DNA from: Acidobacteriota bacterium
GTDB taxonomy: Bacteria; Acidobacteriota; Aminicenantia; Aminicenantales; Saccharicenantaceae
Assembly (NCBI GenBank): GCA_028749205.1
Contig: JAQULR010000002.1
Span: 59,644 to 123,643 of the forward strand
Length of the DNA stretch: 64,000 nt
Direction of reading: 5' to 3'
Shown: positions 19,626-29,519 of the stretch, piece after piece
Layout: the number at the start of each line of letters is the position of its first letter
Position numbering within the stretch: the first letter of the stretch is position 1
Program-made: the position numbers and the translations under genes
The notes under the pieces: model-generated
The model's database searches: none
The model's input: the letters and a program-made list of their open reading frames with translations, nothing else
What the model was told of the DNA's origin: nothing

Positions 19626-21719
19626 TTATTCCTCTTCAGGCTTTACTCGGCCTTCTTTTATAGCCTCATTAATTATTTTCTGCTGGATCTGGGCAGGTAC
19701 TTCTTCATAATGAGAGAATTCCATTATAAAGGAGCCTCGGCCGCCAGTTATAGAAGTCAGAGTAGGCTCAAAATCGAGCATTTCTGCCATGGGCACCTGG
19801 GCTTTGAGAATTCTCATATTCCCTTTCTGCTCCATACCCTGAACCCGGCCGCGACGCCCGTTTAGCACTCCCATGATGTCACCCATATAAGTTTCTGGAG
19901 TGTATATCTCTACATTCATTACTGGTTCCAAGAGAGTGGGCTTGGCTTCCTTCATTCCTTTCTTAAAAGCCATCGAGGCCGCGATCTTGAAAGCTATATC
20001 AGAAGAGTCAACTTCATGGTAAGAGCCATCATATAGAATAACCTTAAAATCAACAACCGGATATCCAGCTAAGACCCCTTTTTTTCTGGCCTCCTGTATT
20101 CCCTTTTCAATAGAAGGAATAAAATTCTTGGGGATAGCTCCACCAAATATCTTATCTTCAAAGACAAAATCCTGGCCCCTCGATAAGGGTTCCATTTTGA
20201 TCTTGCAATCACCGTACTGACCGCGACCTCCGGTTTGTTTCTTATATTTGCCCTGGACGTCAGACCTACCCTTGATAGTTTCTCTGTAAGGTATTTTTGG
20301 AGGTTTCAGTTCCACATCAACGTTGAAACGTGTTTTAAGTTTCTCGGTAATTATTCGGACATGAAGTTCTCCATTCCCAGAGATTAAAAGCTGAGCCGTT
20401 TCCGGGTCTCTTTCAATTCTGACTGTAGGGTCTTCTTCTATAATCCGGTGGGTAGCCTGAGAAATCTTATCTTCATCTGCTCGGGTCTTGGGCTCGATGG
20501 CAAAGGAGATGGATGGTTCAGGGAATTTAATGGGCTCAAATTCGATTTCCGCTCCTTTGGCACAGAGAGTATCACCGGTTAAAGTGGATTTTAGCTTAGC
20601 TGTGGCCACAATATCGCCAGCCTTAGCTTCTCCTGCGGGAACCTGCTCCTTTCCCTGAAGGAAAAAGAGCCCGCCCAGCTTCTCATCACATTCCTTAGTA
20701 GTGTTGCTAACAGTAGCATCAGGGCTTATTTTTCCTGAGAAGATCCTCATCAAGGAAATCCGCCCAGTATACTGGTCAGAGAAAGTCTTGAAAACCAAGG
20801 CAGAAAAAGGCTCATTTTCTGTTAGCGGCAAATCCTTTTGCTCCCCTTTTATCTTGGCTTTTATCTGGCCTCTCTCAGCCGGCGAGGGCATAAAATTAAC
20901 CAGGGAATTCAGAATGATCTGGGTGCCAATATTTAGCAGGGCTGAAGCGGCATAAATAGGAAATAAGCGCTGTTCCTTAATACTCTTTCTCAGCCCCATT
21001 AGAAGGTCATCAGCATTCAGCTGACCCTGCTCAAAATATTTTTCCATAAGTTTTTCATCGTTTTCAGCTACTATTTCCACCAGCTGGATATATCTTTTCT
21101 CGGCCTCTTCTTTTAAGTTGTCCGGAATCTCGGTTTCCTTAAATTTTCCGCTTTCATCTTTCTCAAATAGATAAGCTTTCTTGTCTATTAGATCAACAAC
21201 ACCAGAAAAGTCTTTTTCTACTCCAATCGGAATCTGGACTGGTATAGCCTGCCGTCCAAAAAATTGCTGGATTTCCTCAACTGTTCGGCTAAAACTAGCA
21301 TTTTCCCGGTCAAGCTTGTTGATGACCATCATCCTCGGGAGCTTAAATTCCTCCAGCATATCCCAGACTTTCTCCGTACCCACTTCTACCCCAGACACTC
21401 CACAGACAACCACCAGAGCTGAATCAACTGCCCTGAGTGCCGCTCTGGTGTCCCAGAGAAAACTGCTGTATCCTGGTGTATCTATGATATTGATTTTATT
21501 ATCGTTCCATTGAACAAAGCAGGCAGCAGAATTAATAGATATTTTTCTTTCAATTTCTTCTAAAGAATAATCAGTAACGGTATTCCCTTTATCCACTTTG
21601 GTCAGCCGACTGGTCACTCCAGCATCAAATAGAATAGCCGCGGCTAAGGAAGTTTTACCACATGAACCATGACCAACCAAGGCCACATTCCTGAGTTTTT
21701 CTGGGCTATAATCTGACAT
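19626..21719 (-). CDS. fusA: Elongation factor G paralog (EF-G2-like)
   Basis: 697 aa EF-G architecture (DTPG, NKLD, GELH, KQTGGRGQYG, YHEVDSS); divergent G1 GHGSCGKTS and G2 RKISI; not in str operon. Confidence 0.88.
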   Translation of the reverse strand: MSDYSPEKLRNVALVGHGSCGKTSLAAAILFDAGVTSRLTKVDKGNTVTDYSLEEIERKISINSAACFVQWNDNKINIIDTPGYSSFLWDTRAALRAVDSALVVVCGVSGVEVGTEKVWDMLEEFKLPRMMVINKLDRENASFSRTVEEIQQFFGRQAIPVQIPIGVEKDFSGVVDLIDKKAYLFEKDESGKFKETEIPDNLKEEAEKRYIQLVEIVAENDEKLMEKYFEQGQLNADDLLMGLRKSIKEQRLFPIYAASALLNIGTQIILNSLVNFMPSPAERGQIKAKIKGEQKDLPLTENEPFSALVFKTFSDQYTGRISLMRIFSGKISPDATVSNTTKECDEKLGGLFFLQGKEQVPAGEAKAGDIVATAKLKSTLTGDTLCAKGAEIEFEPIKFPEPSISFAIEPKTRADEDKISQATHRIIEEDPTVRIERDPETAQLLISGNGELHVRIITEKLKTRFNVDVELKPPKIPYRETIKGRSDVQGKYKKQTGGRGQYGDCKIKMEPLSRGQDFVFEDKIFGGAIPKNFIPSIEKGIQEARKKGVLAGYPVVDFKVILYDGSYHEVDSSDIAFKIAASMAFKKGMKEAKPTLLEPVMNVEIYTPETYMGDIMGVLNGRRGRVQGMEQKGNMRILKAQVPMAEMLDFEPTLTSITGGRGSFIMEFSHYEEVPAQIQQKIINEAIKEGRVKPEEE

Positions 21720-21822
21720 CTTTGTTCCTCCATCACTACTTTTTGTAAAGCCAAGAAAGAATTGCTTGAAAAGGCAGCTTTTATATAATAATAGAAAAAT
21801 CTGATTTACTCAAGATAACCGG

Positions 21823-22746
21823 TCAATTTTTTCGGGACCTTTCTTTTTTAAGCCAGGCCAACAGGTCTGCTGGCAGAGGGCTTTCAAATTCCACTTCCTG
21901 ACCAGATGCCGGGTGCTGGAAGGATAATCTCCAGGCATGGAGGAAAAGTCGTGGACATCCCACCGGATGCCTTTTATTTGAGCGGCCGTAGCGTCTATCC
22001 CCGACAATAGGATGACCGGTAGCCGACAGGTGGACTCTAAGCTGATGAGTTCGGCCAGTTATTGGATTTAAGGCCAAAAAACTGCTATTTTTGAATTCTT
22101 CCAATACCTCATAGTGCGTAAGGGCTATCCTGGGCTTTCTGGTGCTGACTGAAATTTTTTCTCTATGGCGAAGGTGTCTTCCTAAAGGTAAGTCGATCAG
22201 CCCTTTTTTCTCTTTAAATTTTCCCACGGCCAGAGCTAAATAGATTTTTTTTACCCGGCGGTCTTCAAACTGCTGGCGAAGTGACTGATAGGCTGGCTGA
22301 GTTCTTGCTATAATTAGCAGTCCCGAAGTATCTTTATCAAGGCGGTGCACAATACCTGGCCTGTCCGGTGAACCCACCGAAGCTATTTCCGGATAATAAT
22401 ACAGAAGACCGTGAACCAGAGTGCCGGTTCTAATTCCAGCTCCGGGGTGAACTACCAGTCCGTCTGGTTTGTTGATTATCAAAATCTGGGCATCTTCATA
22501 AAGAACTTCTAATTTTACCATCTCTGGTTTTAGTTGGCTTTCAGGCTGCTTCCAGATTCTAACTTCAATTAAATCCCCCCGTCTCAGCTTGTATCCTGGT
22601 TTTGAAAGCTGTTTATTCACCAGAATTTCACCCTCTTCTATGGCCCTCTGGATTTGAGTCCGGGTAAAACTCAGTAACCTGGATTTAAGGAATAGGTCAA
22701 GTCTCTCGTTATCGGCCCTATCTATTAGGAATTTTTTTTCAATCAC
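21823..22746 (-). CDS. rluD: RluA-family 23S rRNA pseudouridine synthase with S4 domain
   Basis: RLD S4 domain, NKPDGLVVHP, VHRLDKDTSG, TGRTHQLRVH. Confidence 0.9.
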   Translation of the reverse strand: MIEKKFLIDRADNERLDLFLKSRLLSFTRTQIQRAIEEGEILVNKQLSKPGYKLRRGDLIEVRIWKQPESQLKPEMVKLEVLYEDAQILIINKPDGLVVHPGAGIRTGTLVHGLLYYYPEIASVGSPDRPGIVHRLDKDTSGLLIIARTQPAYQSLRQQFEDRRVKKIYLALAVGKFKEKKGLIDLPLGRHLRHREKISVSTRKPRIALTHYEVLEEFKNSSFLALNPITGRTHQLRVHLSATGHPIVGDRRYGRSNKRHPVGCPRLFLHAWRLSFQHPASGQEVEFESPLPADLLAWLKKERSRKN

Positions 22747-23536
22747 TTTTTCTTTTTTTTAATACCAGGTACAAAATAAGACCTGCAGCCAGCCCAACTA
22801 AACAGTAAAATTGAGATAAGGACAAGCTACTGAAGGCTGTCTGCCCCCGAATAAGATAATCCTGAAGGTCATGGTCTCCCCGGAAAAACTCAGTGAAAAA
22901 ACGGATTATCGAATAGTTAATTACATAGAAACAAAAAACCTGACCGGAGAATTTTCTTTTTTTTAAGATGGCTACAAGAATCAAAAAATTTAGAAAATTC
23001 AGGGCAGATTCATAGAGCTGTACCGGGTGTAGAGGAATATTAAGTGGAATACCTGTCAGGCCATGGGCATATTCATTTTGGAAAACTACCGCCCAGGGTT
23101 GAAGACATTCTCGGCCATAACAGCAGCCTGCTGAAAAGCAACCGAGACGGCCAAAGCCATGCCCCAAAGCTATCGCTGGGCCCACCAGGTCAGCAGTTGG
23201 CCACAAAGGGATTTTTTTCTTTCGAAAATAGATTATGGCAAAAATTAAGCCGAAGGTCAGGCCACCCTGGAAAACTCCACCTGACCTGATCAGGGAAAGT
23301 AGCTCCCCCGGATTCTCCAGATAATAGGTTAAATTAGCAAAGAACAGAGTTAATTTTGCCCCAAGAAGAGAAACCAGAATTATCCAGAAGGCAGCATCCA
23401 GCAATTTCCCGGTCTCATATCCTTGTTTTTTTGCCTGGGCATATAAAAACCAGATAGCAGCCCCTACTCCTACCGCCATAAAAAAACCATAGGTGTGAAC
23501 TGTAATCGGACCTATTCGGAAGAGGATTGGGTGCAT
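22739..23536 (-). CDS. lgt: Prolipoprotein diacylglyceryl transferase
   Basis: MHPILFRIGP..YG, GRLGCF.GCCYG, HPVQLYE, RFFTEFFR. Confidence 0.93.
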   Translation of the reverse strand: MHPILFRIGPITVHTYGFFMAVGVGAAIWFLYAQAKKQGYETGKLLDAAFWIILVSLLGAKLTLFFANLTYYLENPGELLSLIRSGGVFQGGLTFGLIFAIIYFRKKKIPLWPTADLVGPAIALGHGFGRLGCFSAGCCYGRECLQPWAVVFQNEYAHGLTGIPLNIPLHPVQLYESALNFLNFLILVAILKKRKFSGQVFCFYVINYSIIRFFTEFFRGDHDLQDYLIRGQTAFSSLSLSQFYCLVGLAAGLILYLVLKKRKSD

Positions 23537-24018
23537 TTTTTCTGACTCCTAAAAACGGAAATAATCAGAATTATAGCCCCTATAGTAATGCAACTATCGG
23601 CTATATTAAAAAAAGGCCAGTGAAAACTACCTACATAAAAATCAATAAAATCAATTACATAACCTCTGATGAGCCGATCGGCGATGTTGCCCATAGCACC
23701 GCTGATAATCAGGGCAAAAGATATTCTTGTCAAAATCATTTCTTTAGGTGTCTTAAGGAAATAATAAGTAATTATGGCAAAGGCCAGGAGGGCTCCAACA
23801 TTCAAGAAGATCAGAGCCAGAGGATTGCTGGTAGTGCTGAGAAAACCAAAAATTGCTCCGCGGTTATGAACCCTGGTCAGATTAAAAAATCCGGGAATGA
23901 TCTGGACTACTTCGTAAAGGCTCAAAGATCTGGCTATTAGATATTTGGTCAGCTGGTCCAGAAACAGCCAGAAAAATATAAAGGCAAAATAAAAAACATT
24001 CTTCTTGGTCACTTTCAT
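23512..24018 (-). CDS. lspA: Lipoprotein signal peptidase II
   Basis: DQLTK, NRGAIFG, GAMGNIADR, VIDFID, FNIADS. Confidence 0.95.
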   Translation of the reverse strand: MKVTKKNVFYFAFIFFWLFLDQLTKYLIARSLSLYEVVQIIPGFFNLTRVHNRGAIFGFLSTTSNPLALIFLNVGALLAFAIITYYFLKTPKEMILTRISFALIISGAMGNIADRLIRGYVIDFIDFYVGSFHWPFFNIADSCITIGAIILIISVFRSQKKCTQSSSE

Positions 24019-26798
24019 CTTAAATGTAATTCATCTTTCAGAACCTGGCCACAGCGGGCGCAGACTTCCGGATTATCTGGGTCCTGACCTACACTGGCCG
24101 AGAAATTCCAGCAGCGCTGGCATTTCTGGCCCTCTGCTCGGGTAACAGTCACCGATAGGTTGCTTCCTTCTGCCGACTCAACCTGGACCTCTGAGGCAAT
24201 AAAGATGGTGGTTAAATCTTCTCTAAATTCATCCAGCAGGTCAAAAAGCTCATCTGGAGCCTTAAACATGAGACAGGCTTCCAAAGAATTACCTATCAAT
24301 CTGGTTTCCCTGGCTTTTTCCATTTCTTTCTGAACCAGTTCCCTGACCTCCAACAGCCGATCGACCTTTTTCATAAAGTCTGAAGGTAGCCACAACTGGT
24401 TATCTTCTGGAAAATAACCCAAATGAACTGAATCTTCTTTTCCCTGGAAACTGGGCATATTCTCCCAAACCTCATCAGCGGTGAAGGGTAGAATAGGTGC
24501 CATGAGCTTTATGGTGGTCTCCAGGACTTTGAATATAGCTGTCTGGCCAGAACGGCGGATGGTAGAGCAGGGACCAGAACAGTACATTCGATCCTTGATT
24601 ACATCTAAGTAAAAAGAACTCAGATCAACCGTAAAAAAATTGTAAAGAGAATGAAAGACAATGTGAAATTCGTAATCATCGTAAGCCTTGATAACTCGCT
24701 GCTGTACCTGGCGGCTTTTTTCCAGAATCCAGCGGTCAAGCCAGTGTAATCCCTCTGGTCTAATACTATCTGTATCTGGATTAAAATCATAAAGGTTTCC
24801 CAGCAAAAATCGCCAGGTGTTGCGGATCTTCCGGTAGGCCTCTATCAGCCTCTGAAGAATTTCTTGACCAAAACGAGCATCTTCCTTATAGTTCAGCATG
24901 GCCACCCACAGTCTCAGGATCTCAGCACCATGTTGAGAAATGATCTCTGTAGGTTCAATTACATTACCGAGGGATTTAGACATAGCCCTTCCCTGCTCGT
25001 CAAGGACAAAACCATGGGTTAAGCAGGTCTGGTAAGGTGAACCATTTCTGGCCCCAACCCCAATGACCAGAGAGCTGTTAAACCAGCCCCGATACTGATC
25101 ATGGCCTTCAACATAAATATCTGACGGCCAGGGTAATTCAGGTCTCTTCCCAAGAATACCATGGCTGGCACCTGATTCGAACCAAACATCAAGGATATTA
25201 TGTTCTTTCTGGAAGTTAGAGCCCCCACACTGAGGACATTTCTGCTCGGGCGGCAGAAGCTCTGATACAGATTTTTCAAACCAGGCCCTGGAACCGTATT
25301 CTTCGAAAATATCAGCTACCCGCCTGGTAATCTCCCCGTCAGCCAGGATATAGCCGCAGGTTTGGCAGTAAAAAGCCGGAATAGGCACACCCCAGGACCT
25401 CTGTCTGGAAATACACCAGTCCGGGCGGCTTTGCATCATGTTGGTGATTCTTTCTTCTCCCCAGTAAGGGATCCATCTTATCTTTTTTATTTCTTCGAGC
25501 ACCCGTTGTCGCAACTGGTTTTTGTCCATAGAGATAAACCACTGTTCGGTTGCTCGAAATATTACCGGGCGCTTACATCTCCAGCAGTGAGGATAAGAAT
25601 GGCTGACTTCAGCTTTCTTGAGTAGAGTGCCATCTTTTTCCATATCCTCAATTATTCTGGGGTTGGCTTCAAAAACATTAAGACCGGCATATCTTTCTAC
25701 CTGGGCTAGAAATCTTCCAGCTTCATCCACCGGAGTATAAACATCGAGACCATAGGCTATCCCGGTCAGATAATCTTCATAGCCGTGGCCAGGAGCTGTG
25801 TGAACACAACCTGTTCCATCTTCCAGAGTAACATAATCTGCCAGGACCAAAACCGACTCTCGATCGATGAATGGATGTCGAGCTTTCAGCCCTTCCAGAT
25901 CTCGACCCGGGAAAACGGCCAGTTCCTTATATTGTTCCCATCCAAACTCTTCCGCTATTACCGGCAACAACCTTCTGGCCATGATATAAACTTCCCCTGC
26001 CGACTCGGCAGCCACATACTCATAATCAGGATGAACGGCAATAGCCAGGTTGGCCGGAAGAGTCCAGGGAGTAGTTGTCCAGATTATGATTGAAATTTTT
26101 TTCCCCTGGAGCTGTGGAATTCTCTCTGTCAGGTCAGAAATTAAGGGAAATTTTATATAGATTGAAGGCGAGGTTTTTTCTTTATATTCAATTTCTGCTT
26201 CAGCTAAAGCAGTCTGGCAGTTCAGGCACCAGTGGACCGGCCTTTTGCCTTTATAAATATTACCCGATTCAAAGAAGGCCGCCAGAAACCTCAGGACCTC
26301 TGCTTCATACCCAGGATTCATAGTTAAATATGGCTTTTCCCATTCACCAAAGACACCCAGGCGGATGAATTCTTCTTTCTGAATATCAATAAACTTCAAA
26401 GCGTATTGGCGGCATTCTTCTCTTATTTCAATTACAGAAAGCTCTTTCTTTTTTTCACCCAAAAGCTGATCAACCCTGATTTCAATTGGCAGGCCATGGC
26501 AATCCCAGCCAGGAACGTAAAGGGAAAGGTAGCCTTTCATCGTTCTGGATTTGATAATAAAATCTTTCAGGATCTTGTTCAAAGCAGTTCCCAGATGGAT
26601 GTGCCCATTGGCATATGGTGGCCCATCATGGAGCACATAGGTTGGTCGCCCCTTCCGGCTTTTTATAATCCTTTCATAGAGATTAGTCCTGGTCCACTTT
26701 TCGATTATTTCTGGTTCCCTCTGAGCCAGCTTAGCCTTCATGGGAAATGAAGTCTGGGGCAAATTTAAGGTCTTTTTCAGATCAAGTTGTTCTGACAT
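24015..26798 (-). CDS. ileS: Isoleucyl-tRNA synthetase (type 1); start likely ATG 26798
   Basis: DGPPYANGHIHLG, GWDCHGLPIE, WTTTPWT, DWCISRQR, AMSKS, C-terminal CQRCW..CARC zinc finger. Confidence 0.97.
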   Translation of the reverse strand: MSEQLDLKKTLNLPQTSFPMKAKLAQREPEIIEKWTRTNLYERIIKSRKGRPTYVLHDGPPYANGHIHLGTALNKILKDFIIKSRTMKGYLSLYVPGWDCHGLPIEIRVDQLLGEKKKELSVIEIREECRQYALKFIDIQKEEFIRLGVFGEWEKPYLTMNPGYEAEVLRFLAAFFESGNIYKGKRPVHWCLNCQTALAEAEIEYKEKTSPSIYIKFPLISDLTERIPQLQGKKISIIIWTTTPWTLPANLAIAVHPDYEYVAAESAGEVYIMARRLLPVIAEEFGWEQYKELAVFPGRDLEGLKARHPFIDRESVLVLADYVTLEDGTGCVHTAPGHGYEDYLTGIAYGLDVYTPVDEAGRFLAQVERYAGLNVFEANPRIIEDMEKDGTLLKKAEVSHSYPHCWRCKRPVIFRATEQWFISMDKNQLRQRVLEEIKKIRWIPYWGEERITNMMQSRPDWCISRQRSWGVPIPAFYCQTCGYILADGEITRRVADIFEEYGSRAWFEKSVSELLPPEQKCPQCGGSNFQKEHNILDVWFESGASHGILGKRPELPWPSDIYVEGHDQYRGWFNSSLVIGVGARNGSPYQTCLTHGFVLDEQGRAMSKSLGNVIEPTEIISQHGAEILRLWVAMLNYKEDARFGQEILQRLIEAYRKIRNTWRFLLGNLYDFNPDTDSIRPEGLHWLDRWILEKSRQVQQRVIKAYDDYEFHIVFHSLYNFFTVDLSSFYLDVIKDRMYCSGPCSTIRRSGQTAIFKVLETTIKLMAPILPFTADEVWENMPSFQGKEDSVHLGYFPEDNQLWLPSDFMKKVDRLLEVRELVQKEMEKARETRLIGNSLEACLMFKAPDELFDLLDEFREDLTTIFIASEVQVESAEGSNLSVTVTRAEGQKCQRCWNFSASVGQDPDNPEVCARCGQVLKDELHLR

Positions 26799-26820
26799 AA
26801 GCAATCTCCACTTTGTTAAT

Positions 26821-26865
26821 TAACTTGCCTCTTTTCCTTACCCGATAGATTACTCTCGAGAAATC
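26821..26865 (+). repeat. Dispersed element copy H (linker + tail only) upstream of ileS
   Basis: taacttgcctcttttccttacccgatagattactctcgagaaatc. Confidence 0.6.
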
Positions 26866-26937
26866 TGTTAATCAACTTAATACTTATTATTAAAGAGGTT
26901 ATTCTAATCTGCAACCGACAAAAGTCAAATTTTCGCT

Positions 26938-28521
26938 TTAATCCTGGCGATAGTGGCAGCCATGGCTTTCAGGATTACCCAGAGCAGCATAAGTTATCAT
27001 CAAGGCAACCTGTAGGCCATGCCTGAGATCGACTATCTCCGGATTCATAGGGGCTTCCTGGTAAAACTTGTCGATTCTATGTTTCAAATACTCCAGGTCG
27101 GCTTTGGCTCTCTCGAGACGTTTGCTGGTTCTGATGATGCCAGCATAATTCCACATGGTGCTTCTGATGGTTGCCCAATCCTGATAAATCAGAGCCGGGT
27201 CAATCCTTTCCTCCCCATTAGGATAGTACCAGGGATGAATCTTACCTGGATCATAAGGCAGTCCTGGTTCAAATTTTGTGGAAATACTTTTAGCAGTCCT
27301 GATCCCCCAGACCAACCCCTCTAAAAGGGAAGTTGAAGCCAGCCGATTGGCTCCATGAACTCCGGTACAGGCTACTTCACCTACCGCATATAAACCTTTT
27401 AAGGAGGTCTGTCCCCAAAGGTCGGTCAAAACACCCCCACAGCAGAAATGAGCCGCTGGGACTACCGGAATTGGCTCCTTAGTGATGTCAATGCCATACT
27501 CCAGGCAGGTTTTATAGATGTAAGGGAATCTTTTCTTAATATTCATCTTAGCATAGCTAGCCAGATCCAGTAGAACAAAGCTGGTATTGGTGTTAATCAT
27601 TTCCTGATAGATAGCTCTGGTCACTTCGTCTCTTGGAGCCAATTCTCTCTGAGGAGTGTATTTTTCCATAAAAGTCCGGCCATCAGTAGTTTTAAGTCTG
27701 GCCCCTTCGCCTCTTACCGATTCAGAAATTAGAAATCCATCAGCTTCTCTAGTAAAAAGCAGAGTCGGGTGAAATTGAATGTATTCCATATTGACTATTC
27801 TGGCTCCAGCTCTGAGAGCCATGGCATAACCCGACCCGATGGTTGATCGCGGGTTAGAAGTAAACTGATAGACAGCACTGCAACCCCCTGTAGCCAGGAC
27901 AGTATACCCCGCCAGAAACTTTTTAACCCTACCAGTTTGGTTATCAAGAACATAGGCTCCGACACAGCGAGGTTCCTGGTAGTAGCTCAGCGGATCTGTA
28001 GAATGGTGGGGCACGGTCAGCAAGTCAACTGCAGTGTGGTTAAAATATAAGTGAACAGAGGGAATTTGTCTGAGTCTGTCGTAAAAGGCCGAGGCAACAG
28101 TCTTGCCAGTAGCATCGGCCACATGGAGAATTCTTCTTCTCGAATGACCACCTTCCAGAGCATAATCTAGCTTTTCTGGTGAAGACCTGGCAAAAGGCAC
28201 TTTAAGGTCATTAATTAAAACCTCGTCGACAGCTTTTTTCCCTTCTTCTACCAACAACTCTACTGACTCTGGATTATTTATCCGGTCACCAGCCTTCAGA
28301 ATATCTTCTTTCAGCAGGGCTGGTTCGTCATCGTCACCAAAAGAAACTATTCCACCTTGGGCCCAATAGGTATTAGAACCCTCAATGTTAGAAGATTTTA
28401 TTACCAGGTTTACCTGGAGACCACGCCGAGCGGCTTCCAGAGCAACAGTAGCTCCAGCAATTCCACAACCGATAATGAGAACGTCAGAATAAAGCTCTTC
28501 CTGGATGGTTTTTTTAGTCAT
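26938..28521 (-). CDS. nadB: L-aspartate oxidase
   Basis: GCGIAG, WAQGG, EGGHSRRRILH, QFHPT, SESVRGEG, LAPRD, HGANRLASTSLLEG. Confidence 0.93.
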   Translation of the reverse strand: MTKKTIQEELYSDVLIIGCGIAGATVALEAARRGLQVNLVIKSSNIEGSNTYWAQGGIVSFGDDDEPALLKEDILKAGDRINNPESVELLVEEGKKAVDEVLINDLKVPFARSSPEKLDYALEGGHSRRRILHVADATGKTVASAFYDRLRQIPSVHLYFNHTAVDLLTVPHHSTDPLSYYQEPRCVGAYVLDNQTGRVKKFLAGYTVLATGGCSAVYQFTSNPRSTIGSGYAMALRAGARIVNMEYIQFHPTLLFTREADGFLISESVRGEGARLKTTDGRTFMEKYTPQRELAPRDEVTRAIYQEMINTNTSFVLLDLASYAKMNIKKRFPYIYKTCLEYGIDITKEPIPVVPAAHFCCGGVLTDLWGQTSLKGLYAVGEVACTGVHGANRLASTSLLEGLVWGIRTAKSISTKFEPGLPYDPGKIHPWYYPNGEERIDPALIYQDWATIRSTMWNYAGIIRTSKRLERAKADLEYLKHRIDKFYQEAPMNPEIVDLRHGLQVALMITYAALGNPESHGCHYRQD

Positions 28522-28530
28522 TTTGATTTC

Positions 28531-29376
28531 TCAAAGAAATTCTAAGGAAATGTCTGCTGATTTAAAGGAATGGGTCAGGGCCCCTACTGAGATAAAATCT
28601 ACTCCGGTAAGCGCTAGAGCTTTAACAGTCCGTAAATTGACTTTTCCAGAAACTTCTAAAAGAACTCTCCCGGCAACCAGTTCAACTGCGGCCTTAATTT
28701 CATTAAGCGACATATTATCCAGCATGATCCAGTCAGCAGTGCCGATTCTTAAGGCCTCTCTAACCTCATCCAGTGAAGCCGCCTCAACTTCAATTTTGAG
28801 ATCAGATCTCCCAGTAGCCTGGAGATATTCTTTAGCTTTTCTTAGGGCCGCTTCTAACCCTCCAGCAATTCTAATATGGTTATCCTTAATCAGTATCATA
28901 TCAGACAGGCTCAGGCGGTGGTTGTGACCTCCTCCCATTTTGACGGCATACTTTTCTAGCTGTCGCCAGCCCGGAGTAGTTTTTCTGGTATCCAGAATTC
29001 TGGCTCTGGTACCTTTGATTTCGTCGACAAATGACTTAGTCAAGGTAGCAATTCCTGAAAGTCGCTGTAAAAAATTCAAGGCAGTCCTTTCAGCAGTAAG
29101 AATAGAAGCTGCCGGCCCCGCAAGCTCTGCCAGAATCTGGCCATCCTGAAATTCGTGGCCATCTTCCATCTTTTTCTTAAATATTATTTTTGGCTCCAGT
29201 CTGGCAAAAACTCTGGCGGCGATATCAACTCCGGCCAGAATTCCCGCCTGTTTGGCTAATAAAACAGCTTCAGCTGGAACCGCCGCTCCAACTATTGCTT
29301 CAGTGGTCAAATCGCCAGAAGGTAAGTCTTCACTTAAAGCCAGGTCAATTAAATGATCAACTTTTTCCCAGTCCAT
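28531..29376 (-). CDS. nadC: Nicotinate-nucleotide pyrophosphorylase (quinolinate phosphoribosyltransferase)
   Basis: AERTALN, DTRKTTPG, NHR, LIKDNH, IMLDN, SVGALTHS. Confidence 0.95.
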   Translation of the reverse strand: MDWEKVDHLIDLALSEDLPSGDLTTEAIVGAAVPAEAVLLAKQAGILAGVDIAARVFARLEPKIIFKKKMEDGHEFQDGQILAELAGPAASILTAERTALNFLQRLSGIATLTKSFVDEIKGTRARILDTRKTTPGWRQLEKYAVKMGGGHNHRLSLSDMILIKDNHIRIAGGLEAALRKAKEYLQATGRSDLKIEVEAASLDEVREALRIGTADWIMLDNMSLNEIKAAVELVAGRVLLEVSGKVNLRTVKALALTGVDFISVGALTHSFKSADISLEFL

Positions 29377-29384
29377 GATAGATG

Positions 29385-29413
29385 ATTATAGGAATTCGAC
29401 TCGGGCAGGTCAA
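29385..29413 (-). promoter_or_regulatory. Near-consensus sigma70 promoter of nadC-nadB
   Basis: TTGACC-N17-TATAAT, 8 nt before ATG 29376, no SD. Confidence 0.65.
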
Positions 29414-29519
29414 CTTGATTTTATTGAGCCTATCAGATAATCATGGCTGAGATATTGCCAAATTGGCAATTTTGTGCCAAAATTGCCTTTAAATTTTCCC
29501 AGGGCAAAGGCTAATCAAA

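Noticed and set aside
29406..29453. caggtcaacttgattttatt as another repeat copy
   Set aside because: Better explained as the -35 box (TTGACC) of the nadC promoter; it lacks AATAATCCAG.
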